From Callorhinchus milii (Eukaryota): a stretch of DNA of 64,000 bases. The stretch spans positions 56,236,001-56,300,000 of the forward strand of contig NW_024704743.1 of NCBI RefSeq assembly GCF_018977255.1. The letters are read 5' to 3'. Shown piece by piece: positions 48,547 through 63,020 of the stretch. Made by a program: the position numbers and the translations under genes. Numbering within the stretch: position 1 is the stretch's first letter; each line of letters starts with the position of its first letter. Below the pieces are notes generated by a model that saw only the letters and a program-made list of their open reading frames with translations, was not told the origin of the DNA and ran no database searches.

Positions 48547-51500
48547 TATGAATATTAAGATTTATTTTTAACAGTGATTTAAGATCATGTGAACCTATTA
48601 TATTAACATTGTATTATGTTAGCCCAATGTCATCACAAACATGAGTAATATTGACACAACAGAAAATCTGTTTTTGCTTTTTTTTTAAAATGTATTTTTA
48701 AATTCTGATCAGAATTTCTAATGCAAAGGGTGTTCTCGCACTGAATTCGCTCACATTGTCTGAGGTGCAGTTAATTGCCTGCAAGATGGACAGTAATGTG
48801 GGAGAAGGTGCACATTTGTCACAGCTTTTAGCACACGAGTGTCTGTTTCTGATACAAAGTGAATGCCAACTGCTCAATTGAATACTGATGCATGAAATCT
48901 AAGATCAGCTTCACGCTCATGATTACCATCATTGTTAAATCGGTCTTTGCAAACTGGGAGGTCTATGTGATTGCCATGTAGTGAATGTACTGTAAAATTT
49001 AAGGAGGCATGAAAGAGTGTTTAAACATTTCTTTGTTCATGAAGTGAGAAGAGGATGCCGAGCCCTGAGTCATTCCAACACGTTGGGATCTAAAATGTGC
49101 AAACTGGAAGTCACGTTATTTGTAAATGTATTTGTGATTCAAACCTCCCGCCAACCAAAAAAAATCTTGACTTTTGAATACCTAAAGTCAACAAAGTTCA
49201 TAAGAAAAAGGCAAGTTCTTTATTTTCTGACTATTTGTCGCTTTTCAAGTCTTTTTTTCAGGCCAAAAGAACACATGAAAACAAAACATCAAACATGATT
49301 GTAAATCAGAATTCCTGCAGACTTTTGCCTTAGGACCTTTTCTCAGCCTTTGTTGACCATAGGGGTTTTATAATCGAAGTGCTTTTTGAATCTTAAAATT
49401 GAGAATTGGCAAAGTGGCTATTGCTAATAATAATAATGATTATTAATGATTGTATAATTATTAATAATAAACCTATCATTTTACAGCGCCTTATCACATT
49501 GCTGAAAAGTCTCAAAGCGCTTCACAGAATACAATATATTGTAAAGTGGATTGACTGTATTTTGTGGACAAAATTTATGTAACAAATCTGTTTTTTGAAT
49601 ATTGGATTTTACATCCTAATTTATGTGATCAAGTTATCCACTTCCAAACAAGTATAAAAAAAAGATTTTTCATATTTTCATAAAGATGTTAATTCTTTAC
49701 TCCTTTTGTTGACTTGCAATTTTTGACTGGAGATTTCATTGTTAGAAAGCTGTTGGAGGATCGGTTTGATTTTTAAGTTCAAGCATTCAGAAAAGTTTTG
49801 AAAATTGTCAGCTCTCTCCAGGGTGGTTCATTGTTCACTAACATTTGCACATGCAAATGTGCACAAAGGATGCTGGTAACATCTGCTAAATGTACACAGT
49901 GTGCATGCCCTGGTACAAAATGCTGGCAACTTCTATGGCTGCAGTTCATTCTTTTTTTTGATCCAAATTCCAGACTGTCCAGCATCTTGTGACATCCTCC
50001 TGACAAATTGTAATTTTATATTGTATTGATTCATCTTTTCCTCTTTTTCCCCCTTCCTAACACTCATACTTTTTCGTTTTCCTTTTACTTGCTTTCTCCT
50101 TTTTTTCTTTCTGAGTGAGACAGTTATTTCTTGTTTGCATGACTTGGGCTAATTATATTTGGATCCGTAAATCGCGTCTAATTTTTGCCCTCTTCCTTAT
50201 CTGGTAACTGCTGTGCAAATCCAGATTGCTGCCTGCCTCATTCCAGTCTCTGACCAAGGTTATCATTGCTCTTGACCTATACAGAGACTCCAAGGATGTG
50301 GGAGAAGTTTATGCATCTTTGTACTGTTGAGTCATCTCACCCACTGACTGATCTACCACCTTGTTGCTTCATATAAGTCAGTGTATGACTACCTAGTTTC
50401 TGCCCACAAAGAACACTAGGTTGGATCTGTTCTCTGACAATGGAAAATAAGAGATTTAGCACTTACAGATGAGGAAAATATTGTTGATTGGTGAGTCTGT
50501 AAGCTGCATATGCACAAGTAATTGAATCTGATGTGGTCAGTTCTGTAGAATACATGTGTAACCAAGTAGCTGTTGAAAGCATCAATAGCTTATTTCCCTG
50601 CAAAGCAGAAAGGGTCCATCAGGACAGCCTTTAAAGTGTTATACAGCAGAATGTATAACCTTTGTCACTTCCGCTCAAGACTTTTTACTGTAAGGGCAAA
50701 CATCAGGGAAACAAACTTGTGCATAGCTCAAAGCAATTGAGTGGATCATGGAATGATGGCAACTCACACCAAGACTGAACTGTAGATTTTGTATAAGGCT
50801 CGCTCTAAATTTAACATTTAACTATGGTTTGACTGCCCATTTGTTTGTGCCACATCAATGATTAAAACTCAAGTCCAATCATAAGTAAATCGTGTTTGTG
50901 TGGTTGAATATGTAGCTCTATAGGAATGAGCCTGGGATTAGTTACATTGCTGCATTGTTTATTCAATATGCTGTAAAATATTTATGTGGGGAATTATTCA
51001 TTATTTTGTAGCTAAATAAATGGTCTGTCACTGTTACTTCGAAAATGTGGGCAATTTAAATCTCAATTTATCACGACCACAGTGCTGAAATTGTACTGCC
51101 CAGAGGATCACATTGACAAAGTCTCGTTGTTTCTCTTGACATTTGACAGTTTCAACTATTTGTGGCTAGAGGCCAAAAACTTTTTTAGTGCAGATTTTAA
51201 TTAATAAACAAAGCAGGACCAGCAGCAAGAAGGTTAATTCATCGAATTGATCCCATTGACTGAATACTTTGTGGAGAGTTTCCAAGCAACAGTTTATTAT
51301 TATTATTATAACTTAATAATAATGGGACTTAATAATAATAATAAATAATAATCCCTGCATTTGATATAGTGCCTTCATGTTGTCGAAACATCTCAAAGTG
51401 CTTCAAACGATATACTGTAAAGCGGATTGACTGTATTTTGTGGGCGAATTAAAGAAATTGCAGGGCAGAAGAAGGCTGTTGTGCCATGTTACTTCCTCCT

Positions 51501-52599
51501 GAATCCAATTTATACTCTAATCCAATTTCCCTGCTCTTTCCCACATATCCCTTTCATCTTTAATGCACAACTGGCTGCTGCTTTTTGCCAACAAAATACA
51601 GTCAATCCATTTTATAGTATATCCTGTGAAGCACTTTGAGATGTCTCAACAATGTGATAGGGTGCTATATCAAATGCAACGATGATTATTATTATTATTG
51701 GTTAGGCTTATGAACAGTTGAGCAGCTCATAGATGTGTTTAATTAAGTGAACATAATTGTTTGCATTACTACCTAGTTCTGATGGGAAAGAAAATGAGTT
51801 TGGGTGTGATTATTAATCTGTCAATATTGAGGTGCTATTAACAGAGCTAAAAAGCCTTTGATGTTCAGGGCAATCTGGGGAACTCCCCAATATGCTTTCA
51901 GAGTTGATTCTCTCTGGCTGTTCAGTGTGGTTTCCTTGTGCATTCTGAGTCAGGTGAAGCACCAATGCATTCATGGATGATGTGAGAGAAGATGACCCAA
52001 TTTGGATAACTTCCATGGAATAGTCTTCGTATCTTGCTATTGAAAATTACTGTTGACCATCTTGTCAATAGTAAAGGTTGTCTGTACTGTTACATTACTT
52101 GTCAAGTTTGAATTGTGCTACTACAGCTTTTACAGCTACACAGTAATTCACAGTTGCACATTAGCATATTTTTGAAGTGCCAATAATTCACAGAATTGAG
52201 CCCAACCAGCAGTTGTTTCCTTTAAATATGAAAAGTAACATAACATTGATAGTTATAAGTGAAATAAATGCTGATGTAAAGTTTGTCACATAACTACCCT
52301 TTCTTTTGAAAGAAAGTTGGTGCTTCACTTAGCAATAACTTGTAGACAAAGTGCACAAATAGTTGTTCAATACAAATAACACTTCATTAAAAATATCATG
52401 TTAGAAAGCAGGATGGGTAATTGCAAGCGCAAAATTAAGGATTACTTAGCAAATAAACTGTTCAAAACTGTAATCTTGGGAAAACAGGCATTTTTATTAT
52501 GAGTAAGACATTTATTCAATATACATGGGACATCAGTTTCAACTTTGTCACCAACAGTGTAAAAAGTGCTTCAAAGTGTAGTTAATAATAATTGAATTT

Positions 52600-52966
52600 G
52601 CATTAAGTGGAGTGCTTCACATAATTTACTGTAAAGTGTAGTGAGTATTTATAGGCAAACATGGCAGCAATATCTACCAAACAGCTATGAAGTGAATGAC
52701 CAATTCTATTTTGAGGGATTGTTAGCGAGGACACCAGGAGAAACACCTGTTTTATAAATTGTGTCACAGGATGTTTACTGAACTGGAGAGGCAGATGATT
52801 TCTGGGTTTAACATCTCGTCTGAAAGACAACACCTCCAACAATGCAGTGCACCCCAGCATTTCGTTGGAGTGTTAGTTAGACTATGTGTGATCAAAGTCC
52901 AGTGTCGGGCTTGAACCCACAGATTTTTGACTCAGAGGTAAAAGTGCCACCTGAACCAGGCTGACA
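52600..52966 (-). mobile_element. Older Deu-domain SINE, near full length
   Basis: Reverse complement gives tgtcagcctggttcaggtggcacttttacctctgagtcaaaaatctgtgggttcaagccc and gacgagatgttaaaccc. Confidence 0.72.
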
Positions 52967-55900
52967 TAATAGTCAGATCGTGAGTAACAGTAGTTCCAGA
53001 TCATGAGTAACAGTAGTTAGATGCAGAATAAAGCTTCATTTATTTATCCAGAGAATGTGCCTTAAATCCAGATTCAGGAGAGTGCCAATGGGTTGTGATT
53101 CAGACAAGCTGTCCTTGAGGTCTTTCTCTGTCATAATTCGAAAGGTTTCATTCTGCACACTTGTGGAAAACCAGAGTGGAACAATTCCTTTTAGAAACGT
53201 TACAGTTAGCAAAGTGAGAAACGTTTCATGCTATCAGTCTGAAATGGATTTGAATCCAGGTTGCAGAGTGAAAGTAGATTGTTGTAAATAATTAGAGTTC
53301 CCGCTCAGCTCCCTTTCCATTTGTCATTTACATGGGAAGTATAAAGAAGTTCCTTATACTTAGTTGTTCATATAAACTCAGTTGTTCATATCTTTCAACA
53401 AGGCTGCACTGTAACTACATTAGGCTATACTAATGTCAGCACAGAAATATTTTTTAAGGTTATTCTTTAATAATTAATGTTTTAGAGTTGCATAATTTCA
53501 CTAGTCTGCTCTTATAAACTGTAGATAATTCCAGGTACAGTTGACTGCTTATTCAGTTTTTATGGATTTATTCCAGTAATATTGCATGTTTTAAGCAAGT
53601 TAGGGGCAGAGGTTGACCTGCAGTATTACCTAAGAGATTTGTACTTCATTATATTTTTTAAGTATTCTTTTTTTCCCCATCTATATTACTAGCATGAATT
53701 GCATACTGTATTTCAATGACATTAAGTGTTTAGCCTGCTTCAATTATGTCCATATAATAGTGTTCATTTGAAGAAATGTGAATTTTTTGCATTAAACCAT
53801 TAGACCTGCTAAATCGCTCTTCCTGCTCTCCAGTTCCCAGTTACACTTCATTAGCTCATTTTAACAGGTTATTCTATCTTAGTAATAATCAACAGGACAC
53901 CTGACTATGAGATGGTAAGTGTTCCAATCTTCCATGAAACCTGTATAAACCAGACCAAAACTTTTTTTTTCAAAATCAATTATGAATTTACTTTCTTCCT
54001 ATTCAAACTTGAACAACTATGCTGTCCTTCAGTGAACATTTCTGCAATGAAGACACAAAATCCTGGGGTTAATGGTCCAAAATCCAGACAATCAGAACAC
54101 TACTACCAGAAAAATAGATGGATTGCCGTTTATATAGGTTTCTGACAGTGGGATCAGTGTAGATTGATGATGTTTCAGAATAAAGCATTAAATAGAGCTC
54201 ATGGCACTAAAGTTTGCTTTTGTCAGTAAAACCTTTTCATGCTCCTCGAAGGCATTTGTAACTTTTATTTTTTTTTCCCCGCAAGGGTTGCTTGGAGAGG
54301 AATTTGCCACTACAATATATTTCAACTATCGCTTTTTAGGCCTTGCAGAGAAACTTTTTTTTCTACAAATCTGGAGCCATTTGATTTGAAATCAGCTGCA
54401 TCTCGTACTCTGGCAATGTTTTGTGGTTACTCCTCCCCTGGAAATAGTGAATTGTTTGGCTGTTTTGATTTATAAAATGGCAACATGTGTGCAAATTGAC
54501 TCAGATTTTGTTGAACTCAAACTTTTGTGGCTACATGCCTTGCATATTTAATGTTTTTTTTGGTTTCATAACCAGTTGCCTCTTTTCACCCAGTGGTGTC
54601 CAAATTGCAGGAGTTGTAGAATTATTTTGTAATGAGTGAATCCCAGATGGATTGAGTCCGACCCTCTGGAACTCTGCTCAAGTGCCAACTTCAAACAGTT
54701 GAAAAACATCAACATCTAAGCAGAATTCCTGCAAGTTGATTGTAACCCATCCAGGGATTGCTAGCCACAAATTCATTTTGGAACTCCCACAATTTAGACT
54801 CCTTTCTTTTTTGGTCAGCCAGGTGTGTGACACAGGCAGAAATCTGTCATCATGCAATCCTCACACTCTGGGTCCCCAAGCCTTGTGTCTTGCCAATCTA
54901 CACTTAATATTTTCCGGAATTAGGTAATTAGGATGCGTTCCTCCACGGGAGGTACATTCCGTTCCAATAAATATCTCTGGAATTTCCATGTAAAGGTGGG
55001 ATGCATGGAATATGTTTCGTTTGTATACTCTTCAGATTTTTGAAAGGTTTCCACATGTACCAACCAAAACAAAGTCTATAAAGAAGGATGTTATAACAAG
55101 ACTGCACTCCACTTGCATTTTTTTTTAAAAAAGGCAGCAATGGCACCAACACAAAGAGATGAATTATTTTGCCCTGTCCTGTTCTGAACATATCCATGTT
55201 TCAATGCCCAGGAAAATGTTCCTACCTGGCTAGTGAAAGATGCTTAAGAAAAAGTAAATTAAAAATAAAATGGTCAATACTTTATACCCAAACTTCTCTT
55301 GGCTCTTTTATCTGTCATACTATGTTTGCCCCAAACTCTGTCCTAATTTAACTTTACTTTTTCCCATTCATCATCTATTCTTTTTCTTTCCCTTTTTTGT
55401 TTCTTAAAGATTTTTTTGTAGTTTCTCCTTTCTTCAAGCTCTTACCAATAGAGGTGGAGCAGGATTTTATTTAACTGGCTGAAATCCAGCATTGCACACG
55501 GATAAACAAGTTCCAGACACTGTGATGAGCTAAGACTACCTCATGAAATAACATCTAATGGGTCACTCTGTACTCTCATTTTGTAAGCTGGCTACACAGA
55601 ACAGCCCCTATCCCTTTACTAAATAAAGACGCTTTTTAAAAAAAACACACACACTGCATTAGTCCCAAAGACACGTAAATTGGAATGGTCTCAAACAGGA
55701 AGCAGCTACCTCTTTTGGAAGCCAATTTACAGAAGATCCAGACTATCTGGGCTCAGAACAAATAGATCATATTTAGTACTACAGAACCACATATTCAATC
55801 CAAGCAACTAAACATTGGCATCAGCTCACAGCTTAGTTCAGTGAACGACGTCCTGTTGCATTAGCCAAAAAGCAGTAATGTTTCAGTAAGTGGGAAAGAT

Positions 55901-56479
55901 CAGCCAAGTGAAGAACAAGGAAGGCTGTTTCCATACAAATCCCGTCAGGAAAATACCCTGACAACAGCTTGCCAGAGGTACAAATCTGAAGTCTGCTCCA
56001 AAACTGTATGATTCAGACAGTCTTTAAGGACTAGGGGAATACAATCAAATCTGGTTCCAACATCAGATTCTTGCTTTTTGTGAATGATGATGTCTTGTCC
56101 CATTCCTCTGAATATTCTTGAAATTCATATCTGTCAAAAGATGTCTGAAATCAAAGTTCAGGCTCCAGGGGTTCTGTTAATGTGAAGCAGCTTAATCAAC
56201 CAACTCAAAGTCAAGCATAAAGTTTAACATCTCTTTTTTGATGCTTGACAGAGTGTTCGGCCTCAAGCTATGGTTCACAAAGCCAGTATGAGGATTTAGT
56301 ATCTTCCTTGACTTTTCTATTTAAATAATTCTTGACAACTAGTGTTGCTTCATCCAAGTAGCAACAGCAAATGTGCCTATTCACAAAAAGATCATAATCT
56401 GACCCTAATAAACTGCAGATAAACTGCCAATCTTGTCAGTGAATAAGAAGCTATTGCCCTATTTCAATCACAGAAACCT

Positions 56480-57000
56480 ATTAACTGGTGGTTCAGTTCC
56501 TATCTCTCACACCATCTTTACTTTGTTTCTACAAACTGCGGTGTTACTCAGGGTTCTGTCCTCGGTCCTCCTCTTGGTGACATCATCCACAGACATGGGG
56601 TCAACTTCCACATGTATCCAGATGATACCCAACTCTATCTCTGCCTCCACCCCCGACTCCAGGACCACTGCTGTCCTGACAGACTCTCTGTCAGACATCA
56701 AGTCCTGGATGAGAGCTAACTTTCTACAGTTGAATGTCAACTAGACCGAGGCTCTCCTGATTGGCCCTCCTTCACCTCACTCCCTCCCTTGCCTCCTTCA
56801 AGGCACATCTCGAGACTCCTCTACGACTGCACTTTTGGCCACCCTGCCTTAATCCCAACCTCCCCCCACCTCCCACTCAGATCAAAATCTCTGACTGAGT
56901 CCCATTAAATCCTTCAGCAGGTGAAACTGCTGGAAAATCTGGAAAATCTCCAGCACCTTGGTCCGCCCTCCTGACATGAATGGAAATAATGTAATACTGT
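56480..57000 (+). mobile_element. Decayed, internally deleted L2 LINE with RT motifs
   Basis: [24 protein letters not shown] and [17 protein letters not shown]. Confidence 0.78.
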
Positions 57001-60000
57001 ATTTATTATCCTTACCTCACTGTTTCAAGAACCCTCTTGGACCATAACTACTGAATTAAACACATAACCTCCTTCGAGAATGAAAATATCCAGCTACGTG
57101 GTTGTTTATCAGGAAAATCTCTTATTTATCATCTTCACTGGAGAACTCTTCAGATAGCAGCCCAATGGATGACAATTTCTCAGCTGCTGAGACTATTTTG
57201 GAGGTATTTTTTCAAAATATGATAAGGGAATGGATAGGGGATAAGGTCATATGAATATTAGAAATACACAGGACTGAAGAAATGATTGGATAATTTTCAA
57301 AGTATACCATATAGTGCTCTACATTTTATGCCCGTCACTCATTCAATACCTACTGTGTACATAACATGAGGCAATTCCATTATGCAGGACTTTGGTAGAG
57401 CACAAGTTTGCTTTTAACTCTGGTTTGCTGTGGAACTGCGAATACAGGAAAGCTGATGTGTTTATGGCATAGTCTTGCTTCCAACCTGGCTGGTTAGCTG
57501 TGGGATGGAGCATTTCTTGTGATATAAACATTTGACTGTGGTCATGGCTGACTGGATAACTTTATGAGTATGCGTGACCTGCTGCCTGGAATATTAGAAA
57601 TGCACAGGACCAGAAGATTATTGGTTGATTTGATGGCCTGGAAGTGAGTCGAGTGCCTTATTTGTTTTTATTTTATTTGTATTTTTTTTGCAGACCATTT
57701 GAGGTCTAAAAACACCTAGTTTATCAATGTAAATTAACTCTAATCTGCTCATCTTCCACTATGTTTTACTGCTTGTTTCTGATGTTTGATGCACTCAGAA
57801 CCCACTGTCTCATTTTAAGAATATCCAAATCAGATTACTGGGGTTTCCACATAGGCATAGAGATTTTTGTTTGTCTAGAATGGAGTGGGAACTCACTCTC
57901 CCCAAGGAATATAGTCTGTTTAGCTAATCCCCAAAAGTAGTAGATGTAGGTTGGCAAATGCCAAGACTTGGGGGGCCCCAGTGTTTGATTTCAGGCACTG
58001 TTGGAGTTTCACCTGCTGAAGGATTTAATGGATTGGGTGTAAATCCATCAAAACCCTGGCTGTGTAATGGACTTTTACTGAGAAATCTGGATGATCCAGG
58101 TGAATGTCAATTGTATAGTACAAACAAGATAAACCAAGAAGATGAAGCTGACCTTAAGGTGTGAAAGCATTGTTGATTGTAGGAAGAAGGAATGTTTGCT
58201 GGAGATGAGAGCCAAAAGTTTGCGCTCTGTGCTAATTAGCAGACGGTTCAAAAATTCTTGATTTCAACACAGAATGTGGGAGGAGGATGTAAGGTGGAAT
58301 ACGTGCATCTAGGGAGTAATCAGAACTGTACTGATAAAATAGGGAAAGTAAAGATGGGACCAATGGAAAGCAGATAAAGTTAAAGAGGTGATAGAAAAAT
58401 GGGCTATCAAACCTTTGATAAATAAAGCCTTTGCTGTATTTGACCCAGGAATTTAAAGAAAGTTGGGGCCTTCCAAAATATGGAAGTTGCTATTACTTTT
58501 CAGATAGACTTCAATAGTGTAAAGAGATGAAAATCCAGACACTGTCTTTAGACAATGTCAAGAGATGTTAAGGATTTTTGTTGCATAAAAGAGGAAACTG
58601 AGCTTCCTTGCATTTGAGCATAGTCGCTGCTGGCTGAGAATGGGTGAAAATAGAACATATTCTCTTTCCTCAGCACTGGCCTCCTTTTCCTTGGGAAAAA
58701 TTCTGTAATAAAATAGGATTCCTCAAATGAAACCCCACAGGACTAAAGCTAGTCTGACTTTGCAATCTTCTTGTGCACATGACTATATTGAACAACCTTG
58801 CAACTGTCTTTTGTTTTGAAACTACAAACCTGTTGACAGACTTATGTTCCATGGCCCTGGATATGTTCTTATTCTGACTTGTTAACCTCATGCAAATCAT
58901 AGCCATCTGGTGTATTGTGCATCTATCCTTTTTGTATATTTACGATATGCAATTTCAATAGTGCTAGTTACTTGGCTTCTTTCTTCTGAACCTGTTTGAA
59001 TTAGATTTTAATAACCATTGTTATGAAAAGCACACGAAAATATTTTGATCATAGTATTTGAGCATTTGCTACACATTTTTATTTAATTCTAAATCCTCTC
59101 TGATCAGATCTGAATCGAGAAAGAACTTACAATATGAATTATTCTTTTTCGATCAATGTTATGATCAGACTTGCAGTACAGAAAGAGGTTATTCTGCCCA
59201 CCAACTTTCGCTGGTGTTTTTCTCCACATAAGCCACATAATTCAATCACACTTCAGTGCTTGCTCGTTATACCCTTTAATGTTTTTTTTAAATAAGTTAT
59301 TTAATCAGACCCACAGTTTGGTGATGCCCTTCTTGAATGAATAGCCGTTTGTTGCTAATGATCAAGTTAATCAATAAACGGCATTGTTGAAGTTACTTCA
59401 GATCAGGATTTGATCCTGGTTGTTGATACAGCTATTGAATCTGATCAAACGCAGTCGTGCTTGAGAATGATCATACGAACAAAGGCAATTCAACCTTTTC
59501 CACCAGAGATCTCGCAGACCTCATTCCAGCATCATATTGTTCATAATGCTTTAAATAATAATTATTCTGGGTGCTTTTCACTGTTAAAATGGACAGGCAC
59601 AATGCAACAATTTTACACTATTTTCCTCTATTGAAAATCTACTAAAATCTGAATTATTTTTAAGAAGTAAATTCATTTCATAAAGCAGAGGTGGAAAATA
59701 TTAAAGGTAACTTCTTTAGTGTTTGTAAAGAATAATGGTCGCATTTATCCAACACTATCTATTTCATACTGCTACAGCTAAAAAACGCCAACTATCCAGT
59801 TCTGTAAAACAGAAGGCTTTCATAGCTATGTCAGAAATCCTTTCTCGTATCTCCCTGATGTGAACTGATGTAGCAGTGCTCCTTAATACACTTTCGGGTA
59901 TCTGTCATTTTCCGACGTCTTCATCCATACAAAAAAAATTCAATTCCAAGCATTGTGGAAATAAAAACGGGTCTTAATATACAAACGGCAAAACCTCTCT

Positions 60001-61849
60001 GCAGCAAATCTAAATGTGAATAACTTATCAGTAATTCGGTGAATACATTACCATGTCAATAACACTGCCTATTGAAGTAATTCTTTCATCTTTTCCCACC
60101 TGTTTTGAAATATTTCTATAAATCTCTTTCACTTTGTTATTTTAACCTCTTTGTAGTAATTTTTCTCCCTTTTGCATTTCGTTTTCTCTTTTTTTCCCCC
60201 ATTGGCTTTTATAATCTCTCTTTTAAGAGAATCTCAACCCAATGTGGTATGACAAGATTGAAATGTGTATTTGGCCCCATATACCCAGGTTCATTGTGTT
60301 TAGAAAAGAACTATTTCAGCATTTTACACTTCAATCAAATGAATCAGAATTCAAATGAATTAAATATAATATTGAATGGTACATGGGTTAGCATGTTGAA
60401 AGTGTGTCACCTGTAAGGTTAACGCATAAAATGAGTTTGGACCATCTCAATCAAGTTCTAAGTGAGAACAAATCCAGAGATCAAAACTGCCCATAATTTG
60501 CCACTAAATTTATGTCCCATTCAGTTGGGCCACAATTGTAGCTGATATAAAAATGTTGCTCTCGTACGCAGAAGGTATTTTACTGAGGCTGGAGAAGATA
60601 CACTGTGATTGAAAATACGCCATTTGAAAATGCAAATTGGAATTTCTGGGTTGTGTTCGAAAGTAGTGTTTGGCTTTGTTGCTCTTTTCTTGAATGAAAA
60701 AAAAGCCTAGAATAAAAAAAAGCCTAGAGTGGGAAAGCAAAATACCAGCCACTAAATGGCCTTCACTAGCACTCAGGATTTTATTGTAACAAATTTGGTA
60801 ATAAATTGCATAATTTTAGTAGTAAACTGGAAATGACATAAATTCAGGAACTTTGGTGTTGCAACGGTTGTATCTTTAACCCCATTTTTGAGGCAGAATA
60901 GACAAAACATTATATAGGGACTGTAAATAATTGGAACAAAATATTTAAAACATTAAATATACCCAGAATGTGCCTTGGGGTACTGCTAGAGCCCAAGCAG
61001 CTAAAACCACACAGCTTGCCCTGGATAGCACTGTCTAGCGAACTTTCTCACTGCTTGTCCAGCTAAGACCACCCTATCCGTTAAGGCTTTGGCTTGCAGG
61101 GTTAACAGGAGATGAGTGGGAGGATTCCCTGCCAACAATGAATCCTTGCCCAAGATGTGAATAGATTGTGTGCAAGTGTGCTACAGGTGAGGGAGGGGAA
61201 GAAGGAGATTGAAAACAACCACTTTGACCTGAAGGTCATTGACATTCAGAATAATAGTACTTGTACACAGAGGGAGCCTGAATGAGACCTACAAGAGGAA
61301 CTAAAACATTTGGAGCCAAATATGGTTACTTAGCCAACATTCATACGGCTTTATTGCTTGATTAAATTACACCACTCCAGAACATTTAATCCTACAAAAT
61401 TTTAAAATTATTGTGGTTATCAAGTGTAAAGATTTTGAGGGCCAAAAGGAAAGTGTTCTGTCTTAGGCTTATCACCTGCAGAATACTTTGTGCTATTTCA
61501 TAAGCACATAAGAATTTGCTAGGCGAAAGAAAACCAAGGTCCATCTAGCTCAATTTCCACCATCACCACCACCTTCCAGTTATTTGACATTTTGTGTCCA
61601 AACCTATATACTGCAAACTCCTAATAGTGGGTATCTATACTTGGGTGACTTGTGGGGGGCCTAATTTGCAGTATTCACAGAACAGATTTGAAACATCATT
61701 TCCAACAGTTTGTCAGTGTGAAAATGGCTAGAGAGGGAAATACCACCTCTTCACAATTGTTACTGTAGGCATTTGCTCACAGCCCACAACCTCTGAAAAT
61801 TGCAGACCCCATTTGCAGCCATACAAGCTGACCATAGAGGCTCCTACTG

Positions 61850-62185
61850 CAACAACTACTTGCATTTACACTTACACAGGGTAGCATCCCAGAGTGCTTT
61901 ACAATGGCGGAGCATGACACCGAGGTAGGGGGAGGTGACTGTAAGCACGGTCGAAAAGGAAGGTCTTCAGGCCATGCCTGAAGATAGGGAAGGATCTTGA
62001 AATCAATCCATTCGGTGACAGGAAGTCGGTGGAACCTGGCAAGAACTTGTGTGATGGGGTACAGAGTTTGGTGCGGGTGAGTATTTGGGTGAAGGAGTTT
62101 GGGATTAACTGGATGGAGCTGCGGTGACCGTTGAGGAGGACATTTGAATAATCAAGGCAAAAGGTGATGAACGCAAAGTAGTTGG
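61850..62185 (-). mobile_element. Decayed L2 3' fragment
   Basis: FAFITFCLDYSNVLL...GLKTFLFDRAY on the minus strand. Confidence 0.7.
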
Positions 62186-62749
62186 GCCTACACAAAACTT
62201 GTTGCGTTCCGTTCGTGGCTTTAACTGTTTTTCTTTCTGATCACCCCCTGTTGAATTAATACAGTAAAAGTAAGAACAGTGTAGATTGCAGTATAGCATT
62301 AGGCAACATAACCTCAGTGCTGAAGTAGTAAAAATAAATGTTTTGATTTGATTAATTTATGCTGTGGCATTTGTATGATTGTGTTCTGCACTCTTCACTT
62401 GGCTACGGTTACATAGTTAAAATAAATTTACTTCCACTGATTTACAGAAATTAAGATTGTAGGTCAATGGGGAATTTTGGGGGGGCAATGAGTGTCTGAC
62501 AGTTGCGGAAACCCATCACTATAAATTGCTCATTCATTTCAAGGCTGTTTATTGGATACTGCTGTGCACAAAATTGGCGGCCCCATTCATCCACAAAATA
62601 CAGTCGTTGCATTTCACAGTAAATGTTGTGAATTACTTTGGAACATCTTCCCATGTTTCACTGGAGTTACTGAGTTATTGTAAAGTGTAGTGACTGTAGT
62701 TGTAGGTAAATACAGCAGCCAATTTGTACGCAGTAATGTCCCACAAACA

Positions 62750-63020
62750 GGGAGTGGACGTGGGAGGGTGGCCAAAGGCACGGTCGAAGTGGAAGCTCTT
62801 TAGACAGGACTTTAAAAAGGCAAGAGAAGGGGTGAGGTGGAGGGATTGCAGGATAAAGTTCCAGAGAGTGGGGGCAGAGATGCTGAATGCCCGACTGCCA
62901 ATTGGAGGGCGGGAAGTGTGGGGGACCTGAAGCAGGCTGGTGTCCACTGAGCAGAGGGAACGGACAGCCTGATACGGGGTTAGGAGGTCGCAGAGGTAGG
63001 TGGGAGCAAGACTGTGGAGG
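62750..63020 (-). mobile_element. L2 fragment abutting SINE pieces
   Basis: IGSRAFSISAPTLWNFILQSLHLTPSLAFLKSCLKSFHFDRAF. Confidence 0.78.

Noticed and set aside
58100..58600. Purine-rich stretch faintly like CR1 RT (DFNTEC...VHLGSN)
   Set aside because: Too degenerate to support without a search.
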